Shown here: positions 25,315 to 37,480 of the stretch, one piece after another
How the letters are laid out: every line of letters begins with the position of its first letter
Numbering within the stretch: position 1 is the first letter of the stretch
Source of the DNA: Camelus ferus
Taxonomy: Eukaryota
Assembly (NCBI RefSeq): GCF_009834535.1
Contig: NC_045697.1
Coordinates: 49,912,001-49,976,000, forward strand
Reading direction: 5' to 3'
DNA length: 64,000 nucleotides
The notes under the pieces: generated by a model
Told to the model about the DNA's origin: nothing
Databases searched by the model: none
The model's input: only the letters and a program-made list of their open reading frames with translations
Program-made: the position numbers and the translations under genes

Positions 25315-26424
25315 AAATAGACTTTCTTAAAAATTATAAATGACCTCAAAATATGCTAATTCTAAAACATCTGAAGCATGCCCACCATTTCACTGAGCAC
25401 TCATTCAGTCCCTATCTTTTGTGAGCATGTGTCTAAGACGTCAATGGCAAGATTCTTATTCTCCTGAAATTACTTTTCAGTGATTAAATTTCAGGAAAAG
25501 AAAATAATCATTTATACAACTCCTCCCCTTCTGCCAATAAATAGCTACTTTCAAGGAAGCAGTCAAATTTATATCCACACAATTTGTAATGCTGCAGAAT
25601 CTCTAGTGATCACCACCCAGCATTCTTGTTTTACAGATCAAACTTAATCTTTTAATAGTAATCATAACAAAGTTGCATATTTGAGTATAGTTTGCAGTTT
25701 ATGTTCTTCTTTGAACCTAGTACTCACTAGGCAATAAGATATGTTAAGAGTATGATTGCTGCTTTCCTGAGAAGACAAACTTTTGAGTTCTCCCATGTTT
25801 CAAGGATTATGGAAGTGCTAGTTGGCAAACATGTTGAGTAGACTGGCCCCATTTTGCATCATTTGTTTGTGGCATTACCATGAATTCATGCATGTAAGGC
25901 TGTGCTTACTATGGAGTTTAGGTAAGTAGGGTCCTTGGTTTCTCTTGAAGGAAGGAGTTCAGTCCTAGAACACATTAGAAGCTGATCCAGGATTTCCTCT
26001 TACTGGGTTTAATTGCTTTCATTCAGGAAGCAGTGGTGCTGGACAGTTCTCTCCTAAACAAGCAATGAGTGGCCAGGAGCGAGTCCAGGATTTTGGGATC
26101 AGAATAATAAAAAAGGTGATATTATTGTGGTCTTGGGCAACTTTCTCCTTTGATTCATCATCCCTTTCAAGTTGAAATGATATTTTTTCATTTTTATCTG
26201 GCACTGATCTATTTTTGCAACCTTATTGAATAACAAACATTTGAATGTTGAAACTAGGACATTTGAAACGGTGCCAGTTGTTTCTGGAGTGGTCAGGAAA
26301 TGAGATTTTTAATTCATGTTCAAGTTACCCTAATGTCCAGGGCACTCATACATACACTACTGGACATCTCCAGGGCAGTGATTCCACCATTTCTTTGGGT
26401 TTGGCATAGTTGTTCCAGGACCCT

Positions 26425-26429
26425 TGTGT

Positions 26430-26461
<32 letters not shown>

Positions 26462-26480
26462 TTGTGTGTGTGTTTGTGTA
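26425..26480. repeat. (TG)n microsatellite, interrupted
   Basis: TG run with occasional ta/tt interruptions. Confidence 0.95.
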
Positions 26481-26589
26481 TGTGGGTACACTCATGTGTT
26501 TGTGTGTCCAGAAATCTGAATTTTAATAAGCATAATAGGTATTTCCAAGACAGTAACTGAGAAACACTGACATCTAAAAAATAAGCTTC

Positions 26590-27166
26590 TATTTTTTATT
26601 AATATTCTATAAAGGAAGTTGTTCCACTTAATCACAAAAATGTAGTGGCATAAAACAGCCATTTTATTACTCTCACGGATTCTGGGGTTCAGAAATTCAA
26701 ACAGGGCACAACAGGGCACAACTTTCTCTGTTCCTTGATGTCAAGGGTCTCAGCTAGTGAGATTTGAAGTCTGAGTTACTCTGTTTTTTGGACTGGAATC
26801 CTTTGGAGTCTTTTTCATTCACATTCTTGGTAGTTGATGAAGGCTATTGGCTGAGACCTTCCCCGGGCTGTTGGCTGTACAACCTTCACATGGCTTCTGC
26901 ATGTGTCTCTGCATGGGATAGTTTGGGCTTTCTCACAGCATGGCAGGTGAATTCCAAGAGTAAATGTCTCAAGAGAAAACAAGGTGGGGGTGTGTGTTAT
27001 TTTTATAACCTAGCTTGGAAGTCACATAATGTCGCTTCTGTCATACTCCATCAGTTTGGGGGAGCTGCAAAGATCTGTCTAGTTTCATGGATGGTCAAAG
27101 GGTCATTATAAGAATCCATGTGGGATGAGAGCATTGTGGCTATCTTTGGAAGATAAAATCTGCCAT
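26590..27166 (-). mobile_element. MaLR solo LTR (MLT1F/G-like)
   Basis: 'tagtggcataaaacagccattttattactctcacggattctggggttcagaaattc', 'ttctcacagcatggcagg', terminal 'ctatctttggaagataaaatctgcca'. Confidence 0.75.
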
Positions 27167-27189
27167 TGGGACCAGTCATTTAATTGAAA

Positions 27190-28500
27190 ACTATCGAAAA
27201 ATGAGTAAGGGTAAATAGAAGCCCAGTATAGTTGAAAATATTAAGCCAGAACATTTTTCTTGCTGCAAATGAGTTAAAATCTCTTCACCCAGAAGAATTA
27301 CATTCTATGGTACTAAGAAAACTCACAAATCGTATTAATGAGACATTTCACCAGTCTAGAAGTAATATGAAAAATAAGAGACATTGGCACACTGTGAAAT
27401 TGGTACATATCATTCTGTCCATAGGAGTGAAAAGATGGACTCGATAAATGGCTGGCTGAATAAGACTTTAGAGTCCAGAAGATTAAGGGCTAGATTTTCA
27501 AAATCCAGGCCAAGGATGACATATAAATATGTTACACATGTGCCACCACGTTCTTACTCCCACCATGGAAGATATTGCATAAATAATCAGATCATGGAAT
27601 TCTTGACTGCTATGTTTGGGCAGGGCCTAGAATCATTGTCAAAATTGTGCTCTAGGCAGCTATTGCCAATGAATTGTTATTGATACATGAGTTAAAACCT
27701 ACCTCTTATTTAGAAGCAAATAGTGAAGTTTCCTAGATCCCAATATCACTTCAATAAAAATAAATCATGTCATCCCAATTTTATTTATTTTTTCTTTGTA
27801 AAAATTGGCAGATATAATAGATTACTATGATAGACATGGTGTTTTTTGGCCTGATCCTTTGGCCAAGGAATGTGGCACATTCTTGCTCAAGATATTCTTG
27901 TAGAAAAAATAGGAAAACACTATTTGAATGTAACAACAATGGAAGAGACCAGTTATTGGTATGACAACCCCTCACAAAGGGTGATGACTCCAAGTTGGTT
28001 GAAACATTCTGGTGTGTTTGACATTTTGTAAAATCAAAGACTTAAAATTTAAAGGTATTCTAACCACATTTAGAGATGATATGAAGTTGGAGGAGAGCAA
28101 ATAGGTTATATGATAGAATAATTCAAAAGTATCTTGATATATTGTATCCAACAAGACAAATTCAACAGGTTTTATGGTCTGGTAACTGATTCCCCCCAAC
28201 CCCAGAAGTACAGAACATATAAACTTGACTTTGGAACAGCATGTGTAAAGAATACTTCTGTATTTTAGTTAAGAGTAAGATCAAATCAACCATGTGATGA
28301 GATCTCCAAAAATATCCGCTGTAATTTTAGTGTTTGTTGAAGTTCTTTCTAGAACAAAGACAGTAATAGTTCTGTGCTACAATTCCCTGCTCAGATTAAA
28401 AATGGGAGAGTTCATTCAGTGGTGAACACTACAATTTAAAGTTGAATAAAAAAAGCATAGCATTGTCCAGGATTTGTGTTCCTTGGAGAAGAGAAAACTC
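27190..28500 (+). mobile_element. Ancient CR1/L3 LINE RT-region remnants (fragmented)
   Basis: 27232 ORF 'LKSLHPEELHSMVLRKL' resembles CR1 'KSPGPDELHPRVLKEL'. 'tttagagatgatatgaagttggagga' (about 28068) resembles decayed FADDTKLGG, followed by 'aattcaaaagtatcttga...aacaagacaaattcaacagg'. Confidence 0.55.
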
Positions 28501-28519
28501 AGGATATTTCATATAATTT

Positions 28520-28735
28520 AAGTCATAATATATGGAAGCTTTGTGCCAAGAACTTTACCTTTAAAACCTAATTAACTCTTACACTAACCCTGTAAGGTAG
28601 GTAATATTATGACCATTTTATGGATGAGGAAACTGAATCACAGAGTTTAAATAGTTTTTCTAAAGGTACATAGCTATAAAGTGGAAGAGCCAGGATTCTA
28701 ATACAAGTCTGTGTACCCCAGAGCCCTTAGACCGA
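28520..28735 (-). mobile_element. MIR SINE remnant
   Basis: 'accctgtaaggtagg...ccattttatggatgaggaaactgaatcacagag...agtggaagagccaggattc'. Confidence 0.8.
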
Positions 28736-28741
28736 CTTTGA

Positions 28742-28850
28742 TAGTGGTTCACAAAATTCTAGCACGCGTACACATCATATGGGGAACTTGTATAAAAATG
28801 CAGGTTTTCAGGCCCAGATATTCTAAATCAGCAGGTCTTGGATAATTTTC
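28742..28850. mobile_element. MER5-like hAT-Charlie MITE fragment
   Basis: 'agtggttcacaaa...catcatatggggaacttgtataaaaatgcagg...caggccc...ttctaaatcagcaggtc'. Confidence 0.55.
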
Positions 28851-28995
28851 TTTAAAATACTTCAGCATACACTGTATGATATGAACATGTATGTCTGATT
28901 TACTTTTAATCTATACACTTGCTGAGGTTAGTTGCCTTAATCAGAAATATGTACTCCAGGGTGATAAGCTATTATTTAATCAAAAGTCCAAAAAC

Positions 28996-29402
28996 CACAT
29001 GAATGGACCTGGAGATCATCATACTAAGTGAAGTAAGCCAGAAAGAGAAAGAAAAATACCATATGATCTCACTCATATATGGAAACCAAAAAAAAAAGAC
29101 ACAAATGAACTTATTTACAAAATAGAGACAGACTCACAGACACAGAAAACAAACCTATGGAACTTATGGTTACCAGGGAAGAGGAGGAATAAATTGGGAG
29201 TTAGGGATTTGCAGATACTAACTAGTGTATATAAAATAGATAATCAGCAAAGGCCTACTTTATAGCACAGGGAACTATATTCAATATCTTGTAATAATCT
29301 ACAATGAAAAACTATGAAAAAGAAGATATGCATGTATAACTGAATCACTATGCTGTGCACCAGAAATTAACACAACATTGTAAATCAACTATACTTCAAT
29401 AA
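28996..29402 (+). mobile_element. Short lineage-specific LINE-1 3' insertion
   Basis: ORF2 end ('ctaagtgaagtaagccagaaagagaaagaaaaataccatatg') plus 3'UTR. 14-bp TSD aaaagtccaaaaac (28982-28995) / aaaagtccacaaac (29403-29416). Confidence 0.92.
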
Positions 29403-32249
29403 AAAAGTCCACAAACAAGAGGAATTCAATTACATTCATCTACAATGAACATCAGAAATTCTATTTGCCTAATAAATATCAGAACTAGGTATTTCTTGAT
29501 GAAATTATTAGTTTCACTATATGTGGATTTCCTGGCGATCTTGTAGAGACACTCACTGCCTTGGCATACACAAAGCATAAACATCTAGCAGGCCCAGCAG
29601 TCTGCATCCACAGAAATGGCACCCAGAGCTTGATTCCTCAATGGCCTGTTTCGACTACTAATTTGGAGACTTCTTGGTCTCCTGACTTTGACTGATAGTT
29701 GGGTGAATCCTGCTTTCTTTGCTTCCAGTGAACTGCCCACAGAATGTTCTGTCAGAGCTGTTGGAGGAACTGAGAGCTGGAACTCTGTCGAGTTTTGCCA
29801 AACTGGTGGTGTGATAGTTGCAAGTTTGCTGAGAAATGCTAGTGTGCGTGTGCCAAGATTCTGTCCAAGACTTGCCTTCAGAGAGCTTGTGGAGAGGAAT
29901 CTCATAACTTTTACCTATGACTGACTGTTGATGTTTACCAGAAATCCCCTGAAAATTGTGCAGAACCAAGTTGGTCAAGATTTGAATGATTAGAAACAAT
30001 TAGGTGATTCTGATTTGAGAAGCACCAAATTAACTTTCATCCTTTTCCTGTTTAAATGGGGGACTGATGAAGATTGGGTTGTGGATTGGGTGAAGGCCAG
30101 ATCTTTCTTTTTTTAAAAAAGTCCTCTATAATCTTGGGGGTTAATCAATTAAAATAAAAGATTTAATGAAAAGCATTTGTTTTGGTTAGTAAAAAGGAAA
30201 AAAGTTTGTTTTCCTCAACACCTTCTTAAAGCCCCACAGCCAAGAGCTTCCTGTGAGTGTTTCAGACTGAACTACGGCAAAGAGCCCCCATCTATGATTC
30301 AATGAAATTTGCAAAGTCACTGTCATTTCACAAGCGCACATAATTGAGTTATATGTTTTTTTTTTTTTAAAATGACTTTCCTATCTTCAAGTGATAGGAC
30401 AGATACATCTGGTAGAAAATCATGTGTTTCATTAAAATGCTGTGCTTTTGATTCTACTATTATTGTTTGTGCTTGAATTATGCTAAGTATGACCCTTCAA
30501 GGCTAGTCTAGGAAAAAAAATCACGGCCTAACATGATTTTTGCAAAATTTCTCATGATGAAAAAGCATTGGAATGTTTTTTGGAATAGATCTTATGGGAA
30601 CAGATAACATTAATTCTTGAAATATTTAAGCCTATTCCTTCATAGATAGACAATAAATGCAGTGAAAATAATGTGCCTTACATGTGTAATGGAAACTGTA
30701 TAAATGTTTGTTGACAAACTTTTTGATTGATATAGAGCAAGTGAAGGAAGTATTAAATGCGGCAGAAAGTTGAACAGGCATGTGGCAATGATATTATAAA
30801 ACTAGTGTGTGACGCTGCTGAATATAAAAGAATATAGGAGCTTCTGAATCTTAAGAAATTAATGACTATGATGTGATTTTCGCGTGGAAGGCAAAACCAT
30901 TAGGGAAGACATCCCTTCAACCTTAGATGGAAAAATGTCAGTAGCTGAAAGCCAAGGAGACCATTTTCTGCCTGGGAATTTGAATTGAAGAGAAAAGAGG
31001 ATCATTAAACTGTTAGTGGGGATTTTTCAAAACTTTGAAGTGGTGCCCTTCGTTTTCACAAGACCACAATACATTCCTTCAAATCCATCAAGCTCATTTG
31101 CATCTCCGCATTGTTTAGTGGCAAAGGAGACAATGTTTATCTTTATCAGAGATGGTGCAACATTTTATAGTGGCTACTAAGTCATCAAAAGAGGAGAAAT
31201 TCTATTGCACATAATTTTAGTAAGTGTAATAAAATATTTGAGTTATGTGGATATCAAAATACAACATGGAATCTAGTTCTGTCATGATTGATGGTCCTAA
31301 ACATCCCTTCAACTTCTCAAATTCTACAGATGATGGTGACTTTATACTGTTTTGTTACCATTTCTTCTGACTTTCTTTAACAATATTTACTGATCCTAGA
31401 ACAAATGTACATTGAGAAAAACTTCCTTTTTCTCAGGAAATAGTAAAGGCTGCTAATTTGATATAACAGATTACCCCGTTTGTTGATATTTTAACACTGA
31501 TTATACATCTGATGCCAAATAAACAACTCAGTTTAGTTTGTCTGATAATTAAAGGTATGCTGGTTATTTGATGACATGTAAATCAAACAACAATTTGACT
31601 AAAATTTTAATTTCTTAATAGTTTCTTGGGTTTTTCCCTTCTAAAATTGCAAGTTATATTAAGGAACTTCCTGTTTTGTGTGTTGTGGTTCCCCAGAGAA
31701 CAGAACATTAAGAACAAGAATAGTTTAACAATAAAAAGAGACCAGGAAATGAGGGGGTGATGTGGGAGTACTATGTCAAGAAAATGGCAGAAATGCTAGT
31801 TAACTTTCTTGATTTATAATAAACAAAATCTACTCTTTAATCACACTATTCTATAGACTATTTCTTTAACCAGTCATGACTTTAATGATGATCATGGTAT
31901 TTACTTTAAATTTTTTTCTCTTTCAAATTGTTTCTTTGTTCATCTCATAGCATGTTATGTTTAATAGAAGCTAGGTTTGTGTTTTTTAAAATGGTATTTA
32001 CAGAGACTATTTATGTAAATTCCCCACTCTGCTGTGGTAGCCTGATTCTTCAGATGCTCCTGCTGTTGTAGACTGGGTGCAGCTCTGGACTCACTCAACT
32101 GTTGAACTTGTAGGGGCTTTGGAGTTGATCTTGCCCAACCCCATTTCACAGATGGTGAAACAGGATGAAAGACGTTGAATGACTTGGCTCATGCTTGTTA
32201 TTGGCAGGCCTTGAGCTCCAGCCTGGTTTTGTCCATCTCAATCAAATGA

Positions 32250-32725
32250 TTTCTTTTTTTTTCTCTCTCTTAAGTTAAACTTTTATTTTGATTGTTGTAT
32301 ATTCACATGCAGTTTTAAGACATAGTAGAGATTGTGTGTATCATTTACTATTTCCCCCAGTGGTAACATCTTGCAAAACTATAGTGCAATGTCACAACTG
32401 GGATGTTAACCTTGATTCAGTCAAGATACAGAGTAGTTCTATCACTACAAGGATCCCCCACACTGTTCTTTTATGGCTACACCCACCTTCTTCCCACCCA
32501 ACCCACTCTTTGACTGTTGGCACTCATGCTAATCTCTTCTCCATTTCTATAATTTTGTCATTTCAAGAATGTTGTATAACTGGAAACATACAATATGTAA
32601 TCTTTTGAGATTCACTTTTTTTTTTTATTCAACATAATGCTCTGGGGATTCATCTAGATTGTTCTGTGTATCAGTTTGTTTCATTGCCAAGTAGTAGGGA
32701 TATACCACATTAACGCTTTTTTTTC
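32250..32725 (-). mobile_element. Old LINE-1 3'UTR fragment (L1MC1-like)
   Basis: 'ttcccccagtggtaacatcttgcaaaactatagtgcaatgtcacaac...cagtcaagatacagag...atcactacaaggatccc'. Flanking 'atgatttct' on both sides may be a TSD. Confidence 0.75.
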
Positions 32726-34283
32726 AGAGATGATTTCTCTTCCAATCTTGGGGATTCTCAGCCATCTCTACACTCAGGGATAAGAAACATATTTTTAAAG
32801 CAATAGTTCGATTTTGCCAATCCTCCTTTTATGTTTGGAGAGACTTAGGAAAAGTAATTGTAAAGACAGCAGAGATCCATAGAGTATAAAAGATGTTTCG
32901 TGGTACCTCAGCCTCCTTGTTTTATGATGAGAGTGGGGAGGACTTCAGAGAAGGTCTCCATACTTCAGAGGACATTTCCTAAGGGATACGATGAGAAGAG
33001 ACCATGTGCATGCAAGGCAGCCTTCTCAGGGGACCAATATCTCAACTATTAAACAGGCAAAACAGTTGCAGATCTCACTCTCACGTCACAAAGGAGATTT
33101 GCAGGTGCCAGTCATCATTACTGAAAGTGGAGTGTGGCCAGAAGACATGATTTAGCACCTGTCCACTCTCGAAATGTGCTGTGGGTTTTAATGATCTGAA
33201 ATAGCTGAGATTTGGCTCCTGCATTAAACCCTAAAGATAGATTCTTTAGAAAGGCAAAATGCTCATAGGTGAAGAATGTGTTTTAATTCTTGAATTAAAT
33301 TTTAGTTCAACTCACAGTGGGCTGCCTGGCATTTGCCCTGTGGACATTCAGAGGTCAGAAAAACTTCCACAATGTCAGAACTGTCAATTAAGAGATGGGA
33401 GGTCACAGAGCCACACTCCAGCTCCTCATCTATCAGTGTATTTATGTGTTCTAACCATTTGAAGATGACTTGAAGACATGGTAGTAGAGGGAGGAAGAAG
33501 TGGCCTAGAGAATAGTGGAATTAGAGTATGGGGTTGAGGGAAGCACAGTTATTTGAAGAACTATTAGATGAAAGACAAAGACTATGGAAACAGAAAACGA
33601 GTAAAGGTAGAGGGTGGGGGAATATGACATAGCTTACAGAATCTGATAGACAGTTTTAAAGAAATATTCCTTAATGTAAAGTGAGGTATACATGTGGTGT
33701 GAACCCTAGAATGGCTTGGAGGTGAAATGATGTGGAGGTAAGGGGCATGGGAGAGGGACTTGTGCGGGAGCATGAGGAACTCTTACGGCCAAGCTGAGTA
33801 GGTCTCAGGCGCTGGAAGGGACTAGAAAGAAAGTACTTATTAATTTAGATCCTTATTTTCACATCAGCAGTTTCAATTTGAAGTTGCCTGTCTTTCACTC
33901 AGTAATTAAATGTCTTTTTAATGCCGATAAATTTTCCTGCCAGTGCTGTGAAATCTGTTGTGAAGCTGAAGGGGTAATCAGACTGGAATTAAAAAATGAA
34001 CAGTTTGGAGAGTCATTTCTGTGACTTCTGGGGTCAGAAATAATTTATCATCCTTCAGAAGGCCAGGCTGCTTGTATCTCTGCCTGCTCTGATTTCTGCT
34101 AGCTTATCCCTGTGGTGGGGGCTGGCTTTGAATTTTGCCCATAAACACTTAGATATGATTTTTATGTAACATGTTTCTCTCTCTAGTGTCTCTCATTCCC
34201 AGAGGTGTGTTCTCAACAAGGTTAACTCCAGTCTTCCTGGAGTACAAAGTCACAAATAAGGAGTTATCAAAATATCTAGGCTG

Positions 34284-36090
34284 TGGAAAGATATTCCATG
34301 CTCTTGGACTGGAAGAATTAATATTGTTAAAATGGCCATACTACCCAAATCAATCCACAGATTTAATGTAATCCCTATCAGATTACCCAAGACATTTTCA
34401 CAGAACTAGAACAAATAATCCTAAAATTTGTATGGAATCACAAAAGATCCAGAATTGCCAAAGCAAAAGAATGAAGAAAAAGAATGAAGCTGGAGGAATA
34501 ACCCTCCCCGACTTCAGACAATACTACAGAGCTACAATCAAAACAGCATGGTATTGGTACAAAAACAGACATATGGATCAATGGAACAGAATAGAGAGCC
34601 CAGAAATAAACCCACAAACTTTTGGTCAATTAATCTTTGACAAAGGAGGCAAGAACACACAATGGATTAAAAATAGTCTCTTCAGCAAATGGTGTTGGGA
34701 AAACTGGAAGGCTGCATGTAAATCAATGAAGTTAGAGCAATCCCTCACAGCATACACAAAAATAAACTCAAAATGGCTTAAAGACTTAAACATAAAACTA
34801 TAACTATAAACTTCTTAGGAGAAAAATAGGCAAAACATTACCTGACATAAATCTCAGCAATATTCTCTTAGGGCAGTCTCTTAGGGCAGTCTACCCAGTC
34901 AATAGAAATAAACAAATGGGACCTGATTAAATTTGTAAGCTTTTGCACAGCAAAGGAAACCATAAACAAAACAAAAAGACAACCCATGGAATGGGAGAAA
35001 AATATTTGCAAAAGGTGAGACTGATAAGGGCTTAATTTCCAAAATACAGAAATAGCTCATACAACTTAGTAAGAAAAAAACAAACAACCTAATCTAGAAA
35101 TGGGCAGAAGACCTAAACAAGCAATTCTCCAAGGAAGACATACAAATGGCCAATAGGCACATGAGAAGATGCTCAATATTGTTAATTATCAGAGAAATGC
35201 AAATCAAAACTACAATGAGATATCACCTCACACCAGTCAGAATGGCCATCATTCAAAAATCCACAAATGACAAATGCTGGAAAGGCTGTGAAGAAAAGGG
35301 AACCCTCCTACACTGCTGGTGGGAATGCAGTTTGGCACAGCCACTGTGGAAAACATTATGGAGATTCCTCAAAAGACTAGGAATAGACTTACCGTATGAC
35401 CCAGCAATCCCGCTCCTGGGCATATATCCAGAAGGAACCCTACTTCAAAATGACACCTGCACCCCAATGTTCATAGCAGCACTATCTACAATAGCCAAGA
35501 CATGGAAACAGACTAAATGCCCATCAACAGATGACTGGATAAAGAAGTGGTATATTTATACAAAGGATTACTACTCAGCCATAAAAAATAATAAAATAAT
35601 GCCATTTGCAGTAACATGGATGGACTGGAGATTGTCATTTTAAGTGAAGCAAGCCAGAAAGAGAAAGAAAAATACCATATGATATCACTTATATGTGGAA
35701 TCTAAAAAAACAAAAGCCAAATGAACTTACTTACAAAACAGAAACAAACTTACAGACATAAAAAACAAACTTATGGTTACCAGTGATGGAAGCAGGGGGG
35801 AAGGGATTGGGAGTTTGAGATTTTCAGATACTAACAAATATATATATATATAGATAGTCAACAAGTTCATACTGTATAGCACAGAGAACTATATTCAATA
35901 TCTTGTAGTAACTTATGGTGAAAAAGAATATGAAAACAAATGTATGTATGTTCATATGTGACAGAAACATTATGCTGTACACTAGAAATTGACACAACAT
36001 TGTAAACTAACTATACTTCAATTAAAACAAACAAACAAACAAAGTAAAAAAAGATATATATACACACACAAAGTAAAAAAAGATACCAAA
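34284..36090 (+). mobile_element. 5'-truncated lineage-specific LINE-1 (degenerate ORF2 C-terminal part, 3'UTR, tail)
   Basis: ORFs 34432-34803 ('[13 protein letters not shown]...[13 protein letters not shown]') and 35146-35643 ('HCWWEC...[12 protein letters not shown]...CPS'). Degenerate TSD aaaatatctaggctg (34269-34283) / aaaaaatctagactg (36091-36105). Confidence 0.96.
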
Positions 36091-36709
36091 AAAAAATCTA
36101 GACTGCTGGTAAGTTGAGGTAGGTGTGAAGTTTCAGGTGAGATTATTACAAATTCCCTGGCTCTTTCTACATTGGATGGTAAGTATGAAAATTTAGTTGG
36201 ATTCCCTTCTTGTGGTAGGACTCAACCTCCACCCCTGTAAGTCCAGTGGGCCACTTCTGGTCTCCCCCCTAGGCGGCTGCTGTGGTATTGCTGCTAACTA
36301 TTTATGCAATTTCTGTCTTCAGGTTTCAGATTTAACAACAAAGCTTGTTGGTTTCATAAAGGAGAGAAATCAGCATTCTCCAGAAGTGCATTCTAGGGTT
36401 GGGTAGGGTAGGTACATCCTCCAGGTAAAGGAAACAGTGCAAAGGAGAGTGAAGTGAAATGGATGGCTCCTCTGGGGCTGCCTCCAGCACCAGCTTTTGG
36501 CACTGAAGGTGTAGAAAGGAATTGGTGCTAGTTTCCCAAAGAAGTTTGTCTTTGCCAAGTCTCCCAGGAGGGACAGGACCTCATGGCTAAAGGAGATTTT
36601 GAATTGATGGGTGCCATCTTCTTGAAAAAACAATCCGTCTCCCACCCTTTCCAGCACTGATATTTTTTCTTGCTCTCGGTGTCTCTTCATAGGCAAGAGG
36701 GGCATAAAA

Positions 36710-37480
36710 AAGCAGCATAGAAATTCAGAGCATAAACTCTAATAAACCAGACTTCTTGGGTTTGAAATGAAGCATTGCCACTTACGTAAGCTTTGCACAT
36801 GACCTAACTATTCAGTGCCCTCATTTTCCCTCTTCTGTAAAGTAGGGATAATACTACCTATTTCACTGGGTTTTTTTTGTAAAGATTAAGTAAGTTTATA
36901 AATGTATTCCAATTATCTATTTCTGTAGAATAACTTCAAACTTAGTATGTTAAAACAACAATGATCATTTTACTATTATTGCTCATGGTTGTAGCAGTTG
37001 ATTGGGTTCAGCTGCACCACTCCTATTCAGGATCTACTATACAGATGCAGTCAAATGGTGGCTGGGGCTGAAGACATCTTGACCTCGGTGAGGCTGTTGT
37101 TGGAACACCTCCATCTGGACTCTCCATGTGGCTTGGGCTTCCTCGCAGCATGGAAACTGAGTTCCAAGAGCAAATGTTCCAATAGACCCATATGAAAGGT
37201 GTGTCACCTTTAATGAAATAGCCTCAGAAGTCACATGGCATCACTTCTTCCAGAAGCCATTGAATGAAGGAGTCATAAAGGTCCATTCTGGTCAGGGGAA
37301 AGGTCAAAGATCCTACCACTCAGTAAGAGGAGTGTCAACATCACTCTGTAAGAAGAGTGTAGGGGATGGGGTAGATTGTGGTACCCATCTTTGGAAAAGC
37401 CAATATGCCACAGAATGTAGACCACATAGAACAGTATCTGGTTCAGGTGAATGCTCCATAAGCATTAGTTATCATCATTT
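36710..37480 (+). mobile_element. MIR SINE split by an MLT1 LTR
   Basis: MIR 5'/core at 36710-36902 ('ccagacttcttgggtttgaa...ctgtaaagtagggataatactaccta'). Tail 'tagaccacatagaacagtatctgg...atgctccataagcattagttatcatc' resumes at 37413. Confidence 0.7.
36903..37412 (-). mobile_element. MaLR solo LTR (MLT1G/H-like)
   Basis: 'ctccatgtggcttgggcttcctcgcagcatgg', 'tagcctcagaagtcacatggcatcacttc', ends 'ccatctttggaaaagccaatatgccaca'. Confidence 0.8.
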
